Below, piece after piece: positions 52,872-64,000 of a stretch of DNA of 64,000 nucleotides. The notes beneath the pieces are model-generated. The model was not told where the DNA came from. It ran no database searches and saw nothing but the letters and a program-made list of their open reading frames with translations. The position numbers were made by a program, and so were the translations under genes. Source of the DNA: Chiloscyllium plagiosum (Eukaryota); the NCBI RefSeq assembly GCF_004010195.1, contig NC_057712.1, positions 19,824,803-19,888,802 of the forward strand, read 5' to 3'. How positions within the stretch are numbered: position 1 is the first letter of the stretch; every line of letters begins with the position of its first letter.

Positions 52872-53231
52872 CATCACAGAATCTCTGCAGCGTGAAAGCA
52901 GGCCATTCGGCCCAATGTGTACACACAGATCCTCCAAAGAGGATCCCACCCAGACCCACTCCCTACCCTATCCCTGTAACCCTGTATATTACCATGGTTT
53001 ATCCACTTAACCTACACATCCCTGGACATTATGGGAAATTTAGCATGGCCAATCAACCTAACCTGCACATCTTTGGACTGTGGGAGGAAACCAGAGCACA
53101 TGAAGGAAACCCACACAGACAAAAGGGAGAATGTGCAAACTCCACATAAATATTCAACCGAGTGTGGAGGCGAACCTGGGTCGCTGGCACTGTGAGACAG
53201 TAGTGCCAACCACTGAGCAATCATGTCGCCC
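52872..53231 (-). mobile_element. HE1-type SINE, diverged
   Basis: Similarity to other copies. Confidence 0.82.
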
Positions 53232-54236
53232 TGGATCAATAATGGGGAAAATGCTAGAGTCTATTATAAAGGAATTAACAGATAAACATTTGGAAAAGAG
53301 TGGCAGGACTGAATTGGACAGAGTAAGCACAGAATTCTAAATCATGCTTGACAAATCTACTGGAATTTTTCAAAGATGAAACCAATTGAGGAAATGAAGG
53401 GGATCCAGTGGATGTGGTTTACTTGGGTTTTCAAAGATGACTTTCGACAAAGTCTTACATAGATTACTGTATAAAATTAAAACACGTGGGATCGGAGGAT
53501 AGTACATAGAGATAGATAAAAAATAAGTTGGAAAAATAAGACAGGAAACAAAGTGTAGGAATAAGTGGGTCTTTATCTGAATGGCATGCAGTGACTAGTG
53601 GGATATCACAGGTATCAGTGCTTAGACTCCAGCTATTCACAATATATTAATGACTTGGAAGTGAAAACTAAATGCAATATCTCCAAACTTTCAGATGACA
53701 TAGCTGAGTGGGAGGGTGAGCTGTCAGGAGGGTGAAGGAACGCTTCAGCGAGATTTGGACAAGCTGAATGAATGGGTAAATGCATGACAGATGCAGTGGA
53801 ATGTGGATAAAGGAGAGGTTATTCACTTTTTTTAGCAAAAACAGAAAGGTAGATGATCATCCAAATGTTGAGATATTAAGAAAGGGGAGTATGCAGTGAC
53901 AACTGGGTATCCTCATGCACTAGTTGCTGAAGATAATCATGAATGAGCAGCAGGCGATAAAGGCAGGTGTCCTTCTTAGTGAGAAGATTCATTACAGAAC
54001 AGGATGTCTTGCTGTAATTGTACAAAGCCTTGCTGAGACCACACCTGCAATGAGGATGCAGCTTTGATTTCCTTATCTGAGGAAGGGTCCTGTAACTATA
54101 CAGGGAGTGGAGTGAAGGTTTATCAACCAGATTCCTGGGATAGTGGGAATGACATATGAGGAGAGGTTAGGATTATATTCACTGGAGTTTGGAAGAATTA
54201 AATGGTACCTCACAGAAACCTATAAAATTCTATCAA

Positions 54237-54634
54237 GGGCAGCACGGTGGCTCAGTGGTTAGCACTGATGCCTCACAGCGGCATGAGACCCAGGTTTGAT
54301 TCCAATCTCGGGTAACTGTGTGTGGAATTTTGCACATTCTCTCAGTATCTGTGTGGGTTTCCTCTGGGTGCTCAGGTTTCCTTCGGGTGCTCAGGTTTCC
54401 TCCCACAATCCAAAGATGTGCAGGTTAGGTGAATTGGCCAAGTTAAATTCCCCCATAGTATTCAGGAATATATAGGTTAGGTGCATTAGTCTGGTGTAAA
54501 TGTAGAGTAATAGGGTAGAGGAATGGGTATGGGTGGGTTACTCTTCGGAGGATTGGTGTAACTTGTTGGGCCGAAGGGCCTGTTTCCACACTGTAGATAT
54601 TCTATTTTATTCTATTCTATTCTATTCTATTCTA
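54237..54634 (+). mobile_element. HE1-type SINE with internal duplication and (TTCTA)n tail
   Basis: gggcagcacggtggctcagtggttagc; gggtgctcaggtttcct twice. Confidence 0.88.
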
Positions 54635-55814
54635 TAAGACTGGACAGAGTAGCTGAAGGGCATTCCTGATGGCAGGAGAACCCAGCAGGAGTCACAGTCT
54701 AAGAATAGATGTGAAAAAAAAGGCGGAAATGGAGTGGAGAAATTTCTTCACTCAGAGCCTGAAAATTTTCTATCACAGAAAGCAATTTGAAACTGATTTC
54801 AAGGAGTTGAACATAGCATTTGGGGCTAAAGGGATCAAAAGATATTGGGACAAAGCAGGAACAGGCTGAGTTGGATGATCAGCTACGATCATAATGAAAG
54901 CAGCAGCAGGCCAAATGGCCTGTTCCTGCTCCTATTTTCTTTGTAATTCGTATGTTTTTGGATCTCTCTTGTGCGAACTGTTTTAATCCATGCTTAGGTT
55001 GTACTACAATAGCTGCACCTCACTCTTCTAGAAACAGCTTGCATGAAGAACTGTATTTACTATTACATACTATTTACATGTCTACAGACTACGTGCTATT
55101 GGAAAATGCTAACAAAATCGAGATTGGTGTTTCTCAGCCAAAGAAATGTCACAAGAATATAACCACTTGCACCCAATTGAACACCAATGAAATAAAGTGG
55201 AGACAGGTAGTCTCTCTCTGATAAACTAATTAGTGAAGAGAAAGGGGACAGGGGTCAGGTAACAGGAAAACAAAGTTGAGGAGGAGGGAATGCACGAGCC
55301 CAAACATCTGAAAAAAAATCACAAAGCTACTGTTTGTAAAGTTACCTTCCCTCTCTAAAAGACTAAGTTTTCCATTTCACAAAACACGAGAGGAAAGTAA
55401 TGAATAGTCTACTTGAAATACTGAAATAATATTCATTTTGAATCAATCTACTTCTTACTATTTCACTAGATCTGCCAGATTTAATATTGCAATGTTTTCA
55501 TAACTAAGTACACTTAAGTTACAATGACGACATCGAAGTAACATATTGCATGGCCCCATAAAAATCAGAGTCATAAATAGCAAGCCATTTGCATTATTCC
55601 ACATAAACTAATTCTTAATTTGGAAGAATCATTCTGCACTCACTTACAACTCAAACTTGATTAAAGAGCTATTCCAAATAGTACTTACACACCAAAGATT
55701 TTTTAATTCAACATAAAATCAAATACAGTTAATTGTGTATATTTAGCAACATAATAATTTAAATCTCATTAAAATACATATTAAATGTAGGGATAAATTG
55801 TTGGGAATACATAC

Positions 55815-55913
55815 AGCTCCTTCCTGATCAACATCAGCACCCATTTCCAACAAATGCTTTACACACTGAAGATGACCCTTTCTGGCAGCCCATATCAATG
55901 GAGTTGTTCCATA
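55815..55913 (-). CDS. KIDINS220: KIDINS220 coding exon (99 nt, ankyrin repeat)
   Basis: cag|[33 protein letters not shown]|gtatg. Confidence 0.96.
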
Positions 55914-56860
55914 CTGAAAGAAAATTAGAAAAAAAACATTTTTTTAAGCTTGTGTGAATATACTTTAGATTCTATAATACAGTTAAGACAACATAAACAT
56001 GGTTTGTGAGACCTGTCAAAACCTTGAACCAGGTTTTATTTGCAACCAACCTCAGTGTCAAGTGTACTGCCTCTCTGAAGTCCTGATTACAATTGTTTTG
56101 TACACAAATCAATTAAAAAAGGTAAACACAAGATTTGAAACCATTTATAGTACTATAATAGTATTATTTATAGCTGAGTCAAAAGCTGCATTCCTGAGCA
56201 ATTGAGAAGTACATTTAATACTGTGGGTGCTGTTTCTTTCATTTTGGAGTGATTGAATGTATGGAATTGGTCAGATCTGTGGTCAGGAGTTACATGTAGG
56301 CCAGATCAAGTAAAAAAAATGGCAGATTTCCTTCCCTAAAAGACATTAGTAAACCGGAGAGTTTGCAACAACCAACCATGGCCATTTGACTAGATATCTT
56401 TTAATTACAGGTATTAATTGATTACAAATTTTACTAGTTGCAATTCAATCTCAAGTCCCCAGAACATTATATAGGACTGTGAATTTCTAGTGATGGGATG
56501 ACCACAAAACCACCATCTACTAATGTGGCAGGGAAATTGTGTTTGACAAGTTTATTAAAATGCTTTAAGACTGCAACAAGTAGTGTCAATAAAGGAAAAC
56601 CACTTAGATTTTCAAAAAGGTGCTTTTTTAAAATTTACTGAACAAGTTAAGAACTCATGGGTTTCAGGCAAAATATTAGCAGTGACACAGTCAACTTATC
56701 AGAGATAGAAAGTAGGGTTAAATGGGTCCTTTTCAGGTTGGGAATTTGTAACTAGGAGTGTGCCACTAGTTCTGCATTTATCAGATGAAGATAATATTTT
56801 TGTTGCACTTCTATGCAAATGCCAGTAGCAAGTATTTTATGCTATCTATTACAGACTTAC

Positions 56861-56959
56861 TTTGTCAGAGCAGTTGACCTTGGCGCTGTGTTGCAGCAAA
56901 AGTTCAACAATTTCATGATGTCCTCGTCCAGCTGCCCAAATAATAGGGTAAACGCTATA
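56861..56959 (-). CDS. KIDINS220: KIDINS220 coding exon (99 nt; 102 nt with upstream NAGNAG acceptor)
   Basis: cagcag|[33 protein letters not shown]|gtaagt. Confidence 0.95.
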
Positions 56960-58434
56960 CTGCTGGCGAAAATGCAAATCTGTCACTAATTGATCATTAA
57001 AACAGAGATGTTTTAAGAGAAAACAAAAAATGATAAAAATTGCATTTCATTAAGTGCATATTTAAAATATACAAGTAAAACACAGCCAGCTTTGATAGTT
57101 CACTTTATGAATCTAGCAGTAATTTCAAGGTTTGCTGCAAGTATTTGTAACTGGGCGAAAGGATTCAGGGAAAAAAAAAGTTTAATCAAGTACAGCAAGG
57201 AAAACATCAAGGCTTTATACAGCAGGGAAGCATTTGGAGTAAAATTAAGCACAGTGGGTCTGGAAGGGGCAGTGAAAGCAATAAAAAGTAAGAAGATATA
57301 AGTAACCAAAATCATATCAGGAAAAATTAGAAAAACAAACTAAAAAACTACCAAAATGCATAAAGATTATACAGCAAATTAGATGAATTAATAGCAAATA
57401 TAGAAATAAGTTTGATCTCAGATCAATTACAGCAACAAGACAGCAAATCAATCGAGGTTAGGAACTAAGTACTGCAAGATTCCTAACTTTGATAAGAGTC
57501 AGAAAATGGAAAAGGAGATGGGGTAAATCTGTCTTTATTCAATCCTTTACTGTCAAAGAGAGAGAAAAAAAAGTGGGCTCAGTTTGGGTGGAGTTAAGAA
57601 ACAACATGAGATAGAAAATCTTTTTGGTTGCTGTTGTTCAGAGAACAAAACCATAAATTACAGATGCAGTTAATAAGGATGATATAGCAATGATGGAGAA
57701 GATTTAATCTTCATATAAAACAGGGCAAATTAAATTTACTATCATGGCGTGAAGGATGAGTTTGTATAAATGCACACAAGACAGACAGTAGATCAGAATG
57801 TCAAGGAGGCAGTAGGCAACGTATTATTTGAAACTAACATTATGCAATGAGAAAGGGATAATTAATATATTTATTGTACAGGAAAGAGTGACCATAATAT
57901 GTTCAAATTTTACTTTAAAGCTTAAAGTGATTCAGTAGTCCAAAACTAGTTTTTAAAACAAGAAAAAGTTCCCAAGTAAAGAATATATCATTTGCAGCAA
58001 ACAAAACATACATAAACTTGGTTCTAGCATGGCTAACAACAGCAACTGAAGTTATTATTAGATCAAAAAATGGTTTATATAATTTTAACAAAATAGTACA
58101 GCTATTTTCCAACTCATCAAATCTTAGGCGAACTGTATACATGATCCACATATGCAGGGTTTATGTTTTGATTCCATCTGTTTGTTACACACTGAAAATT
58201 TACACTACACTGAATGAGTTTAAAAATAAATGGAATGTTGAGGAGTGAGGCTTTTCTTTCAGTCATAGGATGAGCATCATTTATTGCCTTTTCCTCATAG
58301 CCCTTAAAGGCTGTTATGAGTCAACCATATTGCTGTGTATCTGGGGGTAGATGTGAGCCAGCCCAGTTAAGGATGGCAAATTTTCTTTCCTAAAAAGGAT
58401 GTCTTTTTACAACAATTAACAATGGTTACATGAT

Positions 58435-58612
58435 CAGAAGTGAGGATGCTCAATGATTGCACAAGGTTGAACACTATTTGCAACTTTACAGATACTGAAG
58501 GAGTCCATGACCAAATGTATCAAGACCTGGTCAATGTCTTAGCTGTAAAGTAGTAAGTAACATCGTACCACACAAGTGTCCAATGACCATCTCCAATAAG
58601 AGACAGACAGAC

Positions 58613-58643
<31 letters not shown>

Positions 58644-59257
58644 ATCTATCCACCATCCCTTGACATTCAAATGATCTTACCTTCAATGAATCCCCCACTA
58701 ATTACATTCTGGGGGCTACCATTGGCCAGAAACTCAATTGGACTTGCCATATAAATACAAAGCCTACAAAGAGCAGGTCAGAAGCTAGGAATCCTACAGC
58801 GAGTAACCATCCTTCTGACTCCCAAAGCATAGCATCTACAAGGCACAAATCAGCAGTGTGATGGAATACTCCCCACTTGCCTGGGTGAGTGCAGCTTGAA
58901 CAACACTCAAGAGGCTTTACACCATGCACTGCAGAGATTTGCCAAAAGATCCTTAGACTCATCTTTGAAACGTAAGGCCACTCTATCTAGAAGGCCATGG
59001 GAACACCACCACCACCTGCAAATTCCACCCCCAGCCACTCACATCCTGACTTAGAAATATATGGCCATTCATCCACTGTTGCAGGACCAAAACCCTGGAA
59101 TTCCCTCCCTAACAGCATTGTGGGCCTATCTACAGAACATGGATTCTAGCAGTTCAATAAGGCAGCTAACCACCAGTTTTTCAAGGGCAACTACAGATGT
59201 GTACTAAGTGTTGTCCAGCCAGCAACACCCAAGTCCTACAAATATGTGAATAAAAAA
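58435..59257 (+). mobile_element. L2/CR1-like LINE 3' part containing a (GACA)n microsatellite at about 58600-58642
   Basis: Similarity to 43285-44130; ends gtgaataaaaaa. Confidence 0.78.
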
Positions 59258-60108
59258 CCTTTTATTCCAGTTGTTAAAAACAATTGAGATTTCATCAGCC
59301 GCCATGGAGAGTCTTGAATTCAAACTCTCAGAACATTAGCCTAAAGGTACTGGATTACTAGTAATAATACACCACCGCCTCTGTTAGATTACATTTAGAT
59401 TCCCATCTACATAGTTTCTATCCCATGAATTTAACTCCTTGAAAGCTAAACTCAGCTACAGAATAATTTCAAATCATCCTCACGTTTTCTCTTCAATGCA
59501 ATTTAATACAATTATGCTTTTTAAAAAATTAACAATTTAGAAAGGCAAGCAAGTTACAAACCTTCATGATCTACTTCATATTTTTGGCTCAATGTCAAAT
59601 TTCAAACAATAAGTTATAGTCGAGCATCCTTTGTCAACTCGCAAACAAATCCATCTTTCCTTTTCTCAAGAAGGATAAAGGTGTTCCAGAATCAGCAAAC
59701 TGCTTTAGCTCTGTTAATTCCTATTGGACACCATGATATCTTACAAACTGATTAATAAACAAAAATATTCAACCCAATATTTTCAACCAACAAAAAAAAG
59801 GATGGTTTTTCCTATCAATCCTTGACAGAAGTCTAAAAAAATTACCAAGACTGAGATTCAAGTCAGAACAAAGTAATCCAGTAAATAAAGATATTTTCCA
59901 CACAGGAGGAAACAGACAGTTAATGCAATCTTAGAACCAATTGTGCACTTTATAGTTTGCATCAATTATTTACAAATGTCAGACAGATCTTTTCTAGTTT
60001 GCAAGTAGCTTGTACATAACATGTGCAAATCTAAATCAACTTTTCAGTGGATTTATCTTTGCATGCTATAAATTGTTGATCCCAGTAATTCAGAAACAAA
60101 TTGCTCAC

Positions 60109-60207
60109 CTGTCCAGTAATATTTGGGTTTGCCCCTTTCTGAAGAAGCAATCGAGAAATTTCTGTATGTCCCTTGTATGCTGTCCACATTAGGGCAGTCC
60201 AGCCACC
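60109..60207 (-). CDS. KIDINS220: KIDINS220 coding exon (99 nt, ankyrin repeat)
   Basis: cag|GGWTALMWTAYKGHTEISRLLLQKGANPNITGQ|gtgag. Confidence 0.96.
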
Positions 60208-60614
60208 CTGCAACATTCAAATTAAAATTTAGCAGCTTTTAAAAAGATGTTTTTGTACCCCCTCACAAAAATGACAATAGAAACATTAAAAATAGTTCTA
60301 ACCAGTACAAACAAACATTAGGAAAAAAACCGGAAGTTATGGTCCATCCAGGAAGATCAAATTCAACATCAGAATTTGCATGCACTTATTACCTCAACTA
60401 TAGACCAACTCCAAATTCTAACAATAAAGTATTTGTTAAATTCAACTTTTAATCCACATGGATCTCATCTGAACGACAGACCACAGTATTTTCCTTTAAA
60501 TGTTATTTCATTTTCAAACTTCTTTTTGTTTTAAAAAATGTGGACCAGTTCAATTTTTACAAGGAACCTTAGACACTTTATTAGCTTAATTATATTTGTA
60601 TTATTATTTAATTA

Positions 60615-60897
60615 TAGAATCTCAGGGTGCATGTCCAGAGCTACCTGAAAGTTGTAACACAAGTGAATAAGGTGGTAATGAAGATGTATGACATGCTTGC
60701 TTTCACTGTTTGGCTATGGAGTATAAATGTTGGCAAGTCATGTTGCAGATTATGACAGGTACTCAGACAGACACATGATCAGGCAGAGAATAAAAGGGAC
60801 AGGGACATGTGCAGGCAGATCGGATTAGCTTGGAATGGCATCATGGTTGGCATAGACATGGTAAACCGAAGGCCTGTTCCTGTGCTGTAATGTTCTA
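60615..60897 (+). mobile_element. CR1 fragment, internally deleted
   Basis: Ends ggcctgttcctgtgctgtaatgttcta. Confidence 0.7.
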
Positions 60898-61750
60898 AAA
60901 CACCAGTACAAACTGAAAACATGATCTGGCTTTGTATTTATATTAACAGAAAGTATTTATAGCTGTATTACAAGCGCTGTGTAAGCAATGTTCCTTTGGA
61001 ACACGACATTTTTCTCCTTTTCCCTTTCTCACTCTCCCTAGTAACAGGCAGAAGTTGACTATTCAGTCCCTTGATCTTGCTCTGCAATGAAACCATAACT
61101 GATCCGACTGTGCATTTGAAGTTACATTCTGTTTCACTTCCTTGCTTAAGCAAAGAAGCAAATGACTGGAACAAATTAAAACACAAAATGCTAGAAAAAT
61201 CAATTCTGAGAGCATCTGTGAAGAGAAAAACAGAGATAACATTTCAAGTCTAGTGATCCTTCTTCAGTATGACTGGATCAGCAACACTTATGGACACGTA
61301 AACACAGGTTCATATCAAACTCGAGAGGAAATTTAGCCTCAATGTACTAACCACTTCACACAGCCTTGATCGATACTGGAGTCCCATGCATGCTTTCACA
61401 TTTTAAGTTTCTTAACATGCATGACATGAAAATAGTACGTGTTTTTTTTAAAAACTACTGTCATACCTAGGCACTTCCAATTACATGCAATTAATCTTAA
61501 CCATATCAATTTTTTTCTTAAGAGACACCACTTTCTCTAACTAATATTCATAAATTAATTTTATACATCAATTTGAGAATACTTTCTGACCATAGGGCTA
61601 CTCTTGTAAGACTGGTGGTAGTTTAACCTGAGGGTCACCATGCCTCAAGCGAAGGGAGAGGTTGAAAAGTCAAGTCCTTCATGGTAACCTGAACCAGTTA
61701 GGGAATTTGACCTATGCTGTTGGCATTGCTCTGCATTGCAAAATCAGGCA

Positions 61751-62376
61751 GAAGAAAGTGAGGAATGCAGATGCTGGAGAGATCAGAGTCAAAGAGTGTG
61801 GTGTTGGAAAAGTACAGCCAGTCAGGCAGCATCCAATGAGGAGGAGAGTTGATGTTTCGAGCATAGCTCTTCATCAGGAAGGAGGGGTGGTCCAAGGGGG
61901 CTGAGAAATAAATGGGAGCGGGGTGTAGGGCTGGAGGGAGGGGTAGCTGGGAATACGATAGGTAGATCAAAGTGGGGGTGAAGGCGATAGGTCGGAGAGA
62001 AGGGTAGAGCAGATAGGTGGGAAGGAAGATGGACAAGTGGGACAGTTCAACAGGATGCTGCTGAGTTGGAATCTGGGATAAGGTAGAAGAAGGGGAGGTG
62101 AGGAAACTGGTGAAATCCACATTGATCCCAGTGGTTGGAGGGTCCCAAGGCAGAATAAAACTTTCTTCCTCCAGGCATCAGGTGGCTAGAGCTTGGCGGT
62201 GGAGGGGTTCCAGTACTTGCATGTCCTTGGCAGAGTGGGAGGGGAAGTTAAGGTGTTCAGTCACAGGGCGGGGCGGGGTGGGGTGTGCGTGTGCGTGTGT
62301 GTACCCACGTCCCAGAGATGTTCGCTGAAACATTCCGCAAATTGACATCCTGTCTCCCCAATGTAGAGGAGACCAC
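61751..62376 (-). mobile_element. Penelope-like element 3' part (same family as 35993-36884) inserted in a SINE
   Basis: EHLNFPSHSAKDMQVL; terminal repeat with ttcctgatgaaGAGCtatGCTCgaaacatc. Confidence 0.85.
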
Positions 62377-62524
62377 AAACCAGTCATCCAGCCAACTGAC
62401 AGCCTATTCTAATTACAATAAAAAAACACATCCATTTCATTCAATTGGCCTAGAATAGCACGTGCACAAACAATTCTGTAGACTCTTCCTCACAAAAGGA
62501 TAACATGTTTTACTTTAAACCTAC

Positions 62525-62623
62525 CATATCTCTGTGTTCCAGGTTGGCACTGAAGTTAATGAGTTCACTCACAATTTCCAAGTATCCTTCCTTTGCAGCT
62601 GAAATCAGAGCGGTCCAGTTATC
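62525..62623 (-). CDS. KIDINS220: KIDINS220 coding exon (99 nt, ankyrin repeat)
   Basis: cag|[33 protein letters not shown]|gtagg; not in ORF track. Confidence 0.95.
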
Positions 62624-62688
62624 CTGTCATAAAAAATCTCAAGTAAGAGTTTTTGGAGTGTGATTAAAATTAACACAAAATTCTGTAG

Positions 62689-62816
62689 GTGAAAGTTAGG
62701 ACTGCAGATGCTGGAGATCAGAGTTGAGTGTGTGGTGCTGGAAAAGTACAGCAGGTCAGGCAGCATCCAAGGAGTAGGAAAATCGACGTTTCAGGCAAAA
62801 GCCCTTCATCAGGAAC
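62689..62816 (-). mobile_element. Solo PLE terminal unit (128 nt) with 8-bp TSD
   Basis: ttctgtag at 62681-62688 and 62817-62824. Confidence 0.82.
62781..62816 (-). ncRNA. Minimal type-I hammerhead ribozyme motif, sense to KIDINS220 pre-mRNA
   Basis: GTTC-CTGATGA-A-GGGC-TTTT-GCCT-GAAAC-GTC-GATT. Confidence 0.72.
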
Positions 62817-62856
62817 TTCTGTAGTCAGTTATTAGAATTACAGTAGAAGTACTTAC

Positions 62857-62955
62857 AGCATCTTCCAGGTTGCAGTTAGCTCCTCTTTTGAGTAATTCTT
62901 GCACTATCTCCAAGTTCCCTTGCTCTGCTGCCAGCATTAATGGAGTCTGCCCACT
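62857..62955 (-). CDS. KIDINS220: KIDINS220 coding exon (99 nt, ankyrin repeat)
   Basis: cag|[33 protein letters not shown]|gtaagt; phase 0/0. Confidence 0.96.
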
Positions 62956-64000
62956 CTGCAACGCAATGTTATTAGTCAGTTTCACAATGATCCAAATGTT
63001 CAACTTACTAAGAAAATCAAAATGGTGATAAACATCTTCAATATGTAAGTCTCTTTTTCCCATTTCTAAACACACACCCACCATGTATCCTTCGGTCATT
63101 TTAAATGTTTTCAATCTTGCAGCAAAAACAAATAAGACTGATCAACCAACACGTCTCTCCAACTGAAGATATTAAGAGAAGATCAGCTGTCTCAGGGGAA
63201 ACTTTTAGCATGCTTGAACATGTTCTTTATTAAGAATCATTAATGTAGTTCTGTATTTGAAAGTGCAAAGTATTTTACAGTTTGAAGATAATACGTCATT
63301 TAAATATTCCCAACACTACACTAATTTTTGGGAGAAAATTAGTGGGCATTAAAATTATACGTAATTGCCAAGGCTGTAAAGTTTGCTGCATTTGTTTACT
63401 TTAAGAGTGGTCAGTCAACAATGTGGGTGTGACAGACATCAGGCTCCAGTCTGACAACAACCTATAATTGTGGTCACACCCACACGACTGAATAAACAAA
63501 TACACAAAGCTTTGCATTACTCAGGAAACTAGAGAAAGGCACCAGTTCCCAAGGTAAATGCTTACACAAGATTAAAAGAAAATAGTGGAGTACCTGGGCT
63601 GTCTGTTTATATTTATCTCAAGAGAAGCTGAAACTACACACAATGCTGATGTTTCAAAACGAGAGGGGGAAAAAAAGAAGTATAAAAACCAAATCTCTGA
63701 AAGATTTGTCATTTGCAACTTTCATACATTTTCTACCATGCAGTTACAGAACAGCCAAGAGGGACCCTATTGAGACAATAAAATTTGCAATCTCTTGGCT
63801 AGCCTTTATTAGGAACTCTTTGGGAGGCAGGAGAATTAAACATTTCTAAACAGTCGATTTTTAAAAAATCGAATCGCATAATTATCTTCTAGTAATTATT
63901 ATATTCTGAACATATTTAATGATTAACTAAGTGCAATTAGTTAAGACTTGCATTATAAAAAATGACTATGTCATCAAATATAAAATGGTGAAATATTTTA

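Larger units (their letters stand above)
50060..54950 (+). mobile_element. Cluster of decayed CR1 copies (two + strand copies, nested - strand CR1 end at about 51928-52228 and three HE1 SINEs)
   Basis: NKSPSPGGLHP, ANVTLLFKK and further RT remnants repeated twice. Confidence 0.82.
841..62955 (-). other. KIDINS220: KIDINS220/ARMS gene body (partial; 14 internal coding exons, both ends outside the window)
   Basis: Spliced exons give a continuous ORF matching recalled vertebrate KIDINS220 from xGQTPLM...[10 protein letters not shown] to ...[12 protein letters not shown]; all junctions GT-AG and phases consistent. Confidence 0.97.

Noticed and set aside
62265-62305. G-rich/(GT) tract as a G-quadruplex regulatory element
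   Set aside because: Local simple-sequence drift inside a decayed PLE; no supporting context
63000-64000. First coding exon of KIDINS220
   Set aside because: No sequence encoding the expected ...EEENIPAL...DVDERNE-like peptide found; presumably beyond the window

Overview
Vertebrate genomic DNA, very probably an elasmobranch (shark), inferred from abundant HE1/V-SINE-type, SacSINE1-like, CR1 and Penelope-like repeats. One protein-coding gene crosses the window on the minus strand: KIDINS220 (ARMS). I hand-assembled 14 consecutive coding exons (62955 down to 841, 1831 nt, about 610 codons), all GT-AG and phase-compatible. They encode ankyrin repeats, the KAP-NTPase Walker A motif (AQWGSGKS) and the first transmembrane pair; the start-codon exon and the 3' part of the gene lie outside the window. 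The rest is intron, dominated by decayed CR1 and L2/CR1-like LINEs, several SINE families, Tigger-like MITEs, a probable solo LTR and at least four Penelope-like element (PLE) families. The most notable signal is that each PLE family carries a minimal type-I hammerhead ribozyme motif (CTGANGA-stem II-GAAAC-GTH) with covarying stem II. Many PLE copies are reduced to 130-220 nt solo or fold-back units with target-site duplications. Two copies with an intact core (62781-62816 and 47051-47090) are sense to the KIDINS220 pre-mRNA, one in a 233-nt intron about 40 nt from a splice donor. Also seen: an unexplained 75-nt hairpin beside an exon, a NAGNAG acceptor and a tandem in-frame donor. Repeat family names come from recognition, not database searches, and repeat boundaries are approximate. 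There is one 265-N assembly gap.
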